49,391 bases of DNA from Planctomycetota bacterium. Its GTDB lineage: Bacteria; Planctomycetota; Phycisphaerae; Sedimentisphaerales; UBA12454. Made by a program: the position numbers and the translations under genes. The notes beneath the pieces were generated by a model. It was given only the letters and a program-made list of their open reading frames with translations, made no database searches and had not been told where the DNA came from. Within the stretch, counting starts at the first letter, position 1. Every line of letters starts with the position of its first letter. Where the stretch lies: positions 319-49,709 of the forward strand of contig JAKJEQ010000001.1 of the NCBI GenBank assembly GCA_022705345.1, read 5' to 3'. Positions 36,335 to 44,480 of this stretch are shown in pieces.

Positions 36335-36535
36335 CGATTGAAATTCCAATGCTCAAAACAGCGATGTTTGCCACAGAGGACACAGAGATTTATTTTTATA
36401 TTTTATTAACCCCCAGGATAAACCTGGGGGCTAAACACGGTTTTTTAACAGCTCCTAACTGAAATCAGAAATACCAATATCGAAATTCGAAACAAATTAA
36501 AATTACCAAAATTCCAATGCACAAAACTACTGATT
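36335..36535. repeat. cluster of short dispersed repeats (family D copy, CCCCCAGG..CCTGGGGG hairpin, AATTCCAATGC(T/A)CAAAAC direct repeat)
   Basis: AAATTCCAATGCTCAAAAC (36341..) and AAATTCCAATGCACAAAAC (36511..). GCCACAGAGGACACAGAGATT (36370..36390). Hairpin CCCCCAGGATAAACCTGGGGG (36411..36431). Confidence 0.55.
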
Positions 36536-36572
36536 AAAAAATGTACCGGACATCTTTATTTTTCGGACACCT

Positions 36573-37259
36573 TTAATTTTCCCATCGTTCTTTAAGAGAT
36601 ATATTCTGAAATGTCTTACCTGAAAGTTTGCCGCCGGGGTACCAAAGTTCCTGATAATGTTTTTTTGCTTTATATAAATGGGTTAAAGGAGAATGCCACA
36701 ACCGAACAGTTTGCATTCTTTCAAATTTACAATGTTTTTTTATACCTTGCTGATATTTCTCTGGAAGGTTGTCTACGAAAGCCGATTCAGATAACCAGCC
36801 TGCTGGATATACATTACTATCTGTTTCGGCAACAGCATACAACATCATATTAATACTTGCACGTTGAAGATTGTCTAAAGCTCTAATTTTAGCCGGTTCA
36901 TCAAAAGAGTAATTATATTTTTGACATAAATAAGCATATTGTATGCTTAAAACAATTGCCAAAAAAATTAAAAAGAGACTTGCAGCATAAATTACTGTTT
37001 TCTTTTCTACAAACAATAAAATGGGGAATAAAGATAAAATTGGAATATGCAACTGGAGAGCTCCTTTTAGCTTTAACTGTGGCGGCAGGAATTCTACAAC
37101 TATAACGAGAACAACTATTATAGACAGTGGGATTAGAACGGCTTTCAGGAATCTTTTCTCGTTGTATTTGGTTCCCCAAATTAAAGCCATGAAGATACCA
37201 AATGCCGGTGCAAACAAAATACCTATGGCATTAAAATCTGCTTCCATATCAATCTCCAA
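36573..37259 (-). CDS. integral membrane protein (hypothetical; last gene of the rhs-orphan array, possible immunity protein)
   Basis: 228 aa with about four TM helices and then a soluble tail. It follows the rhs stub at 37377..37529. Confidence 0.5.
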   Translation of the reverse strand: MEIDMEADFNAIGILFAPAFGIFMALIWGTKYNEKRFLKAVLIPLSIIVVLVIVVEFLPPQLKLKGALQLHIPILSLFPILLFVEKKTVIYAASLFLIFLAIVLSIQYAYLCQKYNYSFDEPAKIRALDNLQRASINMMLYAVAETDSNVYPAGWLSESAFVDNLPEKYQQGIKKHCKFERMQTVRLWHSPLTHLYKAKKHYQELWYPGGKLSGKTFQNISLKERWEN

Positions 37260-37376
37260 GTAAATATTGATAGTTGTATGATAAGCATTAATGGTATATA
37301 GTCAAGTAGGCTGTTATACATATAGTTGTTTAAGGGCTAAGTAGTATGAAAATTAAAACATATTTGGCAGCATTTA

Positions 37377-37529
37377 TTATGATACCGTTCTTTTCATGTT
37401 GCTGCGGTTGCCCACTTTGTCATAATCGCAGTAATTAAAATCGAATTGCGAATTTTCCAGATTATTGGTTATCCTTGTAAGTCTGTTCGCAAAGTCGTAT
37501 TTATAAATTATGTTCGCATATAATAATTT
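37377..37529 (-). pseudogene. rhs YD-repeat stub (no start, early stop)
   Basis: Translates ...YANIIYKYDFANRLTRITNNLENSQFDFNYCDYDKVGNRSNMKRTVS*. The DNA at 37395..37522 is roughly 94% identical to 39691..39818. Confidence 0.7.
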
Positions 37530-37534
37530 TCATA

Positions 37535-37930
37535 TTAGTTATTTTTTAAAGAAAAAAACAAATGATTAAAATATATTAAAGCAGAAAAAGTCACGATAGG
37601 AACTATTAGAAAAACAAACAAATTATTATTTAATAAATTTAGTTTTGAAGCAAAGACTATTGATAACATTATACAAAAAACAGCAAATAAAAATCCTATT
37701 AGAAAATTATTATATACTGACTTTAATAATTCTGAATAAAACGCTTTGGCTACGAAAAACATTAATGTGATTAAAACAGTTACTTCAAACATTAAAAGTA
37801 TCAAAATAAACAGGAATCTAATAACTGAAGGAATATAAACACCTTCCAAATATTCCGACCAATTTACACTAAAATGCATAATTAAATTACCAACCAAAAT
37901 CCCAATATAAATCGAAATCATTTTCTGCAT
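37535..37930 (-). CDS. small polytopic membrane protein, putative immunity protein for the toxin at 37941..38606
   Basis: 131 aa with four hydrophobic helices. It starts 10 nt after the toxin stop. Confidence 0.5.
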   Translation of the reverse strand: MQKMISIYIGILVGNLIMHFSVNWSEYLEGVYIPSVIRFLFILILLMFEVTVLITLMFFVAKAFYSELLKSVYNNFLIGFLFAVFCIMLSIVFASKLNLLNNNLFVFLIVPIVTFSALIYFNHLFFSLKNN

Positions 37931-37940
37931 ATTAGCAACC

Positions 37941-38606
37941 TCACTCTTTCTTATTTCCTTTTTCAGTTTTATGTGCTTTTTTTTGCTCCATCTCTCGTTT
38001 CAATGCTTCACGTGCAGCTCGTTTTTGCTCTCTTTCGAGTCTTACTGCTTCACGAACAACTTCATTGATATAAGTATGGCAATCATTATCGGGATGATTA
38101 TACCTTCTACCACCTGCCTTATATTCTTTTCGCCAACGCTCTTGAACATTCTTTTCAGCTTGTCTCACGAGGTTATCATCAAGGTTACGATGTATTGTTT
38201 TGTTATATTTTGATTGACGCCCTGGTAAATCGTTCCTGAACACAGGTCCATTATCGCTATCACCAAAATATCCGCTATTACTTGGTTGATCATCATAATA
38301 TATTTGCCAATGGTCTCCCGCAGGATGATCCCCATAAAAATAAGATGCCAGCTTTCTCGTAATTGGATTATCTAAAGGTCGGCCAAGCACTCTTGCTTCT
38401 CCGTAAGGATCTATGAAGTTAATAGAATTATTACCACAGTACTGATACAGATTCATCGAGTCGTAGTAGCCTATTGGGTCGGGACTTAAAAATCTGCCGA
38501 TGGATGGATTATAGTACCTCGCTCTATAATAGTAAAGTCCCGTCTCCTCATCATATTCGCGGCCGGTGAACATCAATCTATTAGCCGCAGAGGACACCGA
38601 ACCCAC
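37941..38606 (-). CDS. orphan Rhs C-terminal module: RHS repeat-associated core end plus an LRAT/NlpC-P60-like (His...NxC) toxin domain; the frame is open and rhs-like up to 38732 without a start codon
   Basis: FTGREYDEETGLYYYRARYYNPSIGRFLSPDPIG...NSINFIDPYGE is the Rhs core and cleavage motif. The CT has DHWQIYYDD ... HPDNDCHTYINEV. Upstream in frame: VVVEGYSYDSFGKTKILTG (YD repeat). Confidence 0.75.
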   Translation of the reverse strand: MGSVSSAANRLMFTGREYDEETGLYYYRARYYNPSIGRFLSPDPIGYYDSMNLYQYCGNNSINFIDPYGEARVLGRPLDNPITRKLASYFYGDHPAGDHWQIYYDDQPSNSGYFGDSDNGPVFRNDLPGRQSKYNKTIHRNLDDNLVRQAEKNVQERWRKEYKAGGRRYNHPDNDCHTYINEVVREAVRLEREQKRAAREALKREMEQKKAHKTEKGNKKE

Positions 38607-38737
38607 AGAGTCATCTGCCGTTAACCATTTATTATCATTGCCTGCACCAGTCAGTATCTTTGTCTTGCCGAAGGAATCGTAGCTGTAACCCTCAACAACT
38701 ACTCCGCTATTTTTAAAAGAGCTAAATGGGAATTAAA

Positions 38738-39031
38738 TTATACTCTTTTTTTTATTGGCCATATTTTACATAATAGCACAAAAGACCAAAAGAAAATTAT
38801 TATTGCTAAAGCTGCTATTGCTATTTGAATATAAAAAAGCGAAACAGCAAAAGGTGAGATAGACGGCCAAAACGGATAATTTTCTGAGAATAATACCTCT
38901 TCACTTATGTATCTTCCCTCAATCCAAGCCATATTTTCAAAGAAAAATTTAGCAGATAACCACAATGGCAACAACCAGCTTATATTTAATGACGAAACCA
39001 ACAAATGAATTAAGAGACGTAGTTTATTCAT
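38738..39031 (-). CDS. small membrane protein, putative immunity protein for the toxin at 39060..39659
   Basis: 97 aa with three hydrophobic helices, directly downstream of the toxin module. Confidence 0.5.
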   Translation of the reverse strand: MNKLRLLIHLLVSSLNISWLLPLWLSAKFFFENMAWIEGRYISEEVLFSENYPFWPSISPFAVSLFYIQIAIAALAIIIFFWSFVLLCKIWPIKKRV

Positions 39032-39059
39032 TTACATTATCCTTATCTAAATTTTCACA

Positions 39060-39882
39060 TCATGACTTTTTCAGCGATTCATTTTTAGTTGGATCTTTTT
39101 TTTCTTTTTCTTTAATGTTTTCCATTAATTCTCTCGGAGTTTCAACTCCAAACCAGCTATCAGCATCAACATCCTCACCAGTCACTTTTTCAGCAGTATC
39201 ACTCGCATAAGAACTGCAATTATTAGTTGGATATCTATATTTTTGTTTTTTATTTATTTCTTCTTGTAACTTTTTTTCCTGTTTTTTTGTCAGATTATTG
39301 TAATATCGATTAGCTGTACCCGTATGTGGTTCTTTATTCTTATGGACATCGCTATCAGGTCTTACGCGCGTTACTGGTTTGGAATGACTTTTATGCCATA
39401 AACCATAAGTTGTAGTTTTACCATCGTCATCTGTATATGAAATCCAAGAATGCGAACCTGTACTGTGTATTCCTAACGTGGCTAATCCCCACGGATCTAT
39501 CAAATTCACCTTGATTGAGTTCATTTCGGCCATAACTTGTTTCAGCCGACCCTGTCTCAGCTTTCGTTCTGCTGCCAAGCTTATCATAATAATAATTCGC
39601 ATCGCTAAAGAAACATCCCGCAGGATAATCAACACCGGAAAGCTGATGTATTTCATCATAGCTGTATCTGTGTTCTTCCCCGTTTGCTATCATGTTCCTG
39701 CGGTTGTCCACTTTGTCATAATCGCAGTAATTAAAATCGAATTCCGAATTTTCCAGATTATTGGTTATCCTTGTAAGCCTGTTCGCAAAATCGTATTTAT
39801 ATACAATATTAGCATTATTAGCATTATTAGCATAAGTAAGCAATGTTCTTCTCGACAATTCGTCACACTCATACTCAGTCAT
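39060..39882 (-). pseudogene. orphan Rhs fragment, frameshifted: YD repeats (39427..39882) joined out of frame to NLIDPWGL plus an LRAT-like toxin CT (39060..about 39520)
   Basis: Frame A reads YKYDFANRLTRI...YSYDEIHQL...YYYDKLGSRT...NELNQ. Frame B reads NSIKVNLIDPWGLATLGIHSTGSHSWISYTDDDG...YRYPTNNCSSYASD. Confidence 0.7.
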
Positions 39883-39894
39883 GCTAATGTTTTT

Positions 39895-40410
39895 TTACTC
39901 TTCGGAATATTTTTGTATAAATAAATTTGCAGACTTAAAATGTTTGTTTAAATAAGGATCTATTGTAATAAGTAAAACTTCACAAGTGACATTTGCATCT
40001 ATCGGGATATCTTTCGGCGATTCAAATTCACACTTAATTTCCCCATCTCCATGCCCGAGCCCCCATGACTTATTATAGTAATCTGAGGTCTTTCTGGAAA
40101 TTAATAGAATACCATCTTGATAAAAATTTAGTTTCATATTTAATTTTAAATCATATGCCTTCCGATATAGGTCATCATCCAGTCCGTCTAATACAATAAT
40201 CGCAGCATAGTGCCCTATATATTTTGTTTTAAATTCATAAGTTTGGACTTTATTTGTGTCAGAAATTTCAATTTTTTTATTTAGAATCGGATCATATAAA
40301 TCCTCAGGAGGACAAAAAATTTGGACATGCGGCCTGAGAAAACCTAGGATTTTACCTTTGCAAATTGGTACTCTTAGAAGAGGTATTATAAAAAAAAAAC
40401 TACCAAACAA
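39895..40410 (-). CDS. hypothetical protein (possible immunity protein); the 5' end is ambiguous because of a T10 tract
   Basis: 171 aa from TTG at 40410. An ATG at 40451 (MKIKYMVILSIFLVCLVV...) would join this frame with one extra T in the T10 run (plus-strand A10 at 40390..40399). Confidence 0.5.
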   Translation of the reverse strand: MFGSFFFIIPLLRVPICKGKILGFLRPHVQIFCPPEDLYDPILNKKIEISDTNKVQTYEFKTKYIGHYAAIIVLDGLDDDLYRKAYDLKLNMKLNFYQDGILLISRKTSDYYNKSWGLGHGDGEIKCEFESPKDIPIDANVTCEVLLITIDPYLNKHFKSANLFIQKYSEE

Positions 40411-40469
40411 ACCAGGAATATTGACAGAATAACCATATATTTTATTTTCATTAAATTGTTCCTAATTCT

Positions 40470-40623
40470 TTATTTTTTTTTGCCATTTTCATCTTCAGAA
40501 AAAACATCATTTCCTTTGTTCTTTTCTACCAACAACCTATTGTACTCTTTTTCCACCTCATCGCAATAATCCTGGCAATTTTTATGCCCTTTTCCCGTTA
40601 ACTTATATCTTTTAGCATTTGAA
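40470..40623 (-). pseudogene. possible relic of the C-terminal (NxC) half of the same toxin family
   Basis: Translates ...AKRYKLTGKGHKNCQDYCDEVEKEY..., comparable to YKAGGRRYNHPDNDCHTYINEVVRE in 37941..38606. No start codon. Confidence 0.3.
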
Positions 40624-40938
40624 TTAGTTTAGGCACATTCGCGATTGACCTGCGATTGAACTTTCGGAGTATTCATCAATTATTTTTCGATACAGTTTTG
40701 ATTCCTCCTCAATTTTGCCGTTCCAGCCGTAACTCCATGCTATCCAAAATAGCGACTCCGCAAGGAAACTGTCTTTCGAATATCGCTCGATGATTTGATT
40801 AACGCCATTTGCCGCCGATTCCGTTTGCCCCTTGTTTATAAAATCGATAATTTCATCCTTGCTTTGATTTAAATCGCCAAAAGAAATGTTCGAAAATAAG
40901 CAGACCGCCAGAACCAAACATACGCAGTTTTTCCGCAC
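40624..40938 (-). CDS. small secreted helical-repeat (TPR-like) protein, hypothetical
   Basis: 104 aa with signal peptide MRKNCVCLVLAVCLFSNISFG and an alpha-helical remainder. Confidence 0.45.
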   Translation of the reverse strand: MRKNCVCLVLAVCLFSNISFGDLNQSKDEIIDFINKGQTESAANGVNQIIERYSKDSFLAESLFWIAWSYGWNGKIEEESKLYRKIIDEYSESSIAGQSRMCLN

Positions 40939-41513
40939 ATTTTAAGCCTCCTGTTTAAAACTCTCTTTTTATTTAGATGTCCTCCGGCCTCGTCAGATGT
41001 CGTCCTCTCAACCTGTGTTCCTCATCATAGGTAATCGTTTACTTTGGATTAGAATACCTCCATTGTTCTCTAATGTCAATTAAAAATCAGATAGCAGTTA
41101 AAAAAACCGGCGCAAGTTTTTCAAACCGCCTGTGGTGAGCTTGTCGAACCATAACTCCTTTATTTATTTTTCCTATACCCTAAACCCTGTCCCCAAAACC
41201 CTATATATAGTATGTTCAAAATTTCGCGCAAGCGATTTTCATATCGCAGATTTAAAGACTGCGCAAGTTTTCACTTTTTAAGAACTTTTCGACGCTTTTT
41301 TAATACTTTTTTTCGCTTTTTAAACGCTTATTTTCGCTTTTTTTGTACATTTTAAAGAAACGCAGAAAATTGATTTAAATAACTTATAACTAACAGCTTA
41401 CAACCCAAAACTTAATTTTTCTTGCGCCGTTTTATCCGGAGGATAAAACAAGTCCTCTGGCCGAATTTTTGCATAACTGAAAATAATTGATTTGACATTT
41501 CCGCCCGATATTT

Positions 41514-41541
41514 TTAACATTCAGCGGTTTTTGCCTATAAT
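41514..41541 (+). promoter_or_regulatory. sigma-70-like promoter upstream of the PEPCK gene
   Basis: TTAACA (41514..41519), 16 nt, TATAAT (41536..41541). Confidence 0.35.
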
Positions 41542-41634
41542 GTCAAAGGCTCGTGCCTAAGACGGTATCACTTTGGGGTAAAACCATCCTTAAAAATCCT
41601 AATTTATTATTTTTTGAAAGGAGCGGATGCGCAA

Positions 41635-43521
41635 ATGGCTGTAGAAAATGCCAGGCAGTACCTGCAAGACAAACTGGACACGGAAAATTTTGAAAAATTA
41701 TCGGTTCTCAATAACGATAAGCTCTTCAAGTTTATCGCAGATTCTATCGAATTAACAAAGCCTGCTAAGGTTTTCGTCTCTACGGACAGTGCCGGCGATG
41801 TTGAATATACGCGTAAACAGGCAATTGCCACAGGCGAGGAAAAGCCGCTGAATACTAAAGGCCACACCCTCCATTTCGATGGAATGGAAGATCACGGCCG
41901 TGACCGCGAAGTCACAAAATACCTCGTTCCCGCTAACGATATTCTCAGCAAAGCTTTAAATCAGATGGAACGCCAGGCGGGTCTCAACGAAGTTTGCGGC
42001 CTGCTCGATGGTTCCATGATTGGCAGAACAATGGTCGTCCGCTTTTTGACGCTCGGCCCGAACAATTCCGTTTTCAGCATTCCGTGCGTCGAATGCACCG
42101 ATTCATTCTACGTTTCACACAGTATGAACCTGCTGTATCGTCTTGGCTATGAAGAGTTTAAACGCCTCGGCGCAAAAGCAGAGTTTTTCGCAACTCTGCA
42201 CAGCAGCGGCAAAGTCGACGAAAGAATGACCAGTTCTGAATCGGATAAAAAACGCATATATATAGATTACACAACTGATACGGTTTATTCGGTAAATAGC
42301 CAATACGCCGGCAACACCGTCGGCCTTAAGAAGTTAGCGCTTCGCCTGACAATCCGCAAAGCCGACCGCGAAGGATGGCTCGCAGAGCACATGTTCCTTT
42401 CCGGCGTTTACGGCAAAGGCGGAAGAAAAACTTATCTGGCGGGCGCATTTCCAAGCGCATGCGGCAAAACATCGACCGCGATGCTCCCCGGCGAAACAAT
42501 CCTCGGCGACGACATCGCTTATTTCCGCGAAATCGACGGCAAATGCATGGCCGTCAACGCTGAAGCGGGCATCTTCGGAATCATCCAAAATGTTACCGCA
42601 AAAGACGACCCGGCGATTTGGGATGTACTAACAAAACCCGGCGAAGTTATTTTCTCCAATGTACTTGTGAAAGACGGCAATCCATATTGGCTCGGCATGG
42701 GCGTTGATATACCAGCCGACGGCGAAAACTTCTCAGGCCAGTGGCACAAAGGCAAAAAAGACGCAAAAGGCGCCGAAATCCCATGTGCGCATAAAAACGC
42801 ACGTTACGCTGTGACGCTTAAAGCTTTGCAGAATTGCGATCCGGAACTTGAGAATACAAACGGCGTTCCGCTTGCCGGTCTTATGTATGGCGGACGCGAT
42901 CCGAAATCGTATGTCCCCTGCCAGCAGGGATTTAGCTGGGAGCACGGCATCGTCGCTTACGGCGCTTCGCTCGAAACTGAAACCACTTTCGCAACCGTCG
43001 GCAAAGAAGGCGTTCCGGAAATCAATCTCATGAGTATCCAGGATTTCGTCGCGATTTCGCTCGGCAAATACGTGAAGAACAATCTCGACTTCGGCAAGAA
43101 ATTCAAGAACCCGCCGCTTGTTTTCGGCGTTAACTATTTCCTTCGCGACAAGGATGGAAAATTTACCAACGGCGTCCGCGACAAACACGTCTGGGTAAAA
43201 TGGATGGAACTGCGAGTCCACAACGAAGCAGCCGCCCTGGTCGCTCCAACCGGCTTGATTCCATGCTATGAAGATTTGCAGGCATTATTCAAACAGGTTT
43301 TGAACAAAGAATATTCACAGGCCGATTATGTTAATCAGTTTACAATCCGCATAAAAGAAAATCTCGAAAAGATTGACAGGGTTGTGAAGTATCATAAAGA
43401 GAACGTTGCTGAATCTCCGGCCGAAGTGTTCAAAGTTCTGGCAGAGCAGAAACAGCGACTCGAAGAAGCAGGCAAAAAGTTCGGCGATTTCGTCTCTCCA
43501 TTCGATTTGAATAAAAAATAA
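41635..43521 (+). CDS. pckG: phosphoenolpyruvate carboxykinase (GTP)
   Basis: Kinase-1a FPSACGKTS, GDDIAY, and a GTP-PEPCK-type C-terminal nucleotide domain. The ATG at 41635 is preceded by AAAGGAG, whereas the track start at 41614 is a TTG inside the RBS region. Confidence 0.92.
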   Translation: MAVENARQYLQDKLDTENFEKLSVLNNDKLFKFIADSIELTKPAKVFVSTDSAGDVEYTRKQAIATGEEKPLNTKGHTLHFDGMEDHGRDREVTKYLVPANDILSKALNQMERQAGLNEVCGLLDGSMIGRTMVVRFLTLGPNNSVFSIPCVECTDSFYVSHSMNLLYRLGYEEFKRLGAKAEFFATLHSSGKVDERMTSSESDKKRIYIDYTTDTVYSVNSQYAGNTVGLKKLALRLTIRKADREGWLAEHMFLSGVYGKGGRKTYLAGAFPSACGKTSTAMLPGETILGDDIAYFREIDGKCMAVNAEAGIFGIIQNVTAKDDPAIWDVLTKPGEVIFSNVLVKDGNPYWLGMGVDIPADGENFSGQWHKGKKDAKGAEIPCAHKNARYAVTLKALQNCDPELENTNGVPLAGLMYGGRDPKSYVPCQQGFSWEHGIVAYGASLETETTFATVGKEGVPEINLMSIQDFVAISLGKYVKNNLDFGKKFKNPPLVFGVNYFLRDKDGKFTNGVRDKHVWVKWMELRVHNEAAALVAPTGLIPCYEDLQALFKQVLNKEYSQADYVNQFTIRIKENLEKIDRVVKYHKENVAESPAEVFKVLAEQKQRLEEAGKKFGDFVSPFDLNKK

Positions 43522-43560
43522 GCCGCTTTATTTACCACGGCTTCAAATCATTTACTATTA

Positions 43561-43757
43561 GGGCAGACCTTTGTGTCTGCCCTTTTTGTTTGTCATTGCG
43601 AGGACCCCTTAGGGGGACGTGGCAATCTCAAGCCTGCACACACATTGGGCTTTAAAACCCTCATTAATCCCCGGTGTTTTTATTTACCATAACCTTAAAA
43701 CCGTCATTTCGACCGGAGCTTGCCCGCCTATGGAGGGCGAAACGCAGCGGAGAAATC
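43561..43757. repeat. composite cluster of three REP families (B, C, F); the first hairpin also serves as a terminator-like structure after pckG
   Basis: GGGCAGACCTTTGTGTCTGCCC plus TTTTT (43561..43587). TGTCATTGCGAGGACCCCTTAGGGGGACGTGGCAATCTCAA (43591..43631). CGTCATTTCGACCGGAGC...GGCGAAACGCAGCGGAGAAATC (43702..43757). Track ORF 43619..43816 is made of these repeats. Confidence 0.75.
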
Positions 43758-43863
43758 TTTTAAAATTATATTCAAAGCTGCCACAGATATTTATTGCAGC
43801 CGGAATCTTATCTTAATTTAAAAGTCCATTGACTAAAGATTTTAAAAGGCTAAAATTGTTCTT

Positions 43864-44076
43864 ATGCAAAAGAACAAACCAATAAACAGAGTTGACAGAA
43901 GTAAAGCGGTTTTGAAGCATAACTTTGAAGAGGATGATTTTGTAGATGCTTCTCCGGCAGAGTGTTTAAGTTTTATGTGGGAACTGACAAAAGAAGTCTG
44001 GTCTCTTAGCGGAAGTAAAGATGCTGAACGAAGATTACAAAGACATATTGCAACACTTCATAGAAAACGAAGTTAA
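43864..44076 (+). CDS. small protein, putative partner (antitoxin-like) of the downstream nucleotidyltransferase
   Basis: 70 aa. It overlaps the next ORF by 56 nt in a different frame. No family recognised. Confidence 0.4.
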   Translation: MQKNKPINRVDRSKAVLKHNFEEDDFVDASPAECLSFMWELTKEVWSLSGSKDAERRLQRHIATLHRKRS

Positions 44077-44476
44077 ATTTCTTGTTGTTGGAGCTTACGC
44101 TCTTGGTGCTTACGGTTTTCCGCGAGCCACCGGAGATATTGACCTTTGGGTACTTGCTGATAAAGAAAATTCAAAAAAGATTTACCGCTGCCTTGCCAAT
44201 TTCGGCGCACCAATGGAAAACATCAATGAGCAGACTTTCAACGATAAAGATGTTATCTTTCAGATAGGGATTGCACCAAGAAGAATTGACATCATCACGA
44301 AAATTTCAGGCGTCGATTTTGAATCGGCTTATACTCGCAAGAAAGAAATCGAACTTGACAACCTCAAAATTCCGTTCATTTCAAAGCAAGACCTGATAGC
44401 CAATAAAACAGCTACCGGCAGAGCAAAGGACAGCATTGACATAAAAAATCTGCTCTCAGCAAAAAAGAAAAAATAA
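44021..44476 (+). CDS. minimal nucleotidyltransferase (MNT-like, Pol-beta fold)
   Basis: 151 aa. VVGAYALGAYGFPRATGDIDLWV (the G-x-hG...DxD NTase motif). Confidence 0.7.
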   Translation: MLNEDYKDILQHFIENEVKFLVVGAYALGAYGFPRATGDIDLWVLADKENSKKIYRCLANFGAPMENINEQTFNDKDVIFQIGIAPRRIDIITKISGVDFESAYTRKKEIELDNLKIPFISKQDLIANKTATGRAKDSIDIKNLLSAKKKK

Positions 44477-44480
44477 AACA

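Noticed and set aside
41280-41345. T-rich iterated TTTCGCTTTT units considered as a possible CRISPR or tandem repeat array. The dispersed REP families were also considered as CRISPR repeats.
   Set aside because: The units are about 10 nt, irregularly spaced and have no spacer structure. The REP families are scattered singly or in mosaics, not in repeat-spacer arrays, and no cas genes are present.
43619-43816. 65-aa ORF.
   Set aside because: It is composed of concatenated REP elements (families C and F), so it is a translation artefact.
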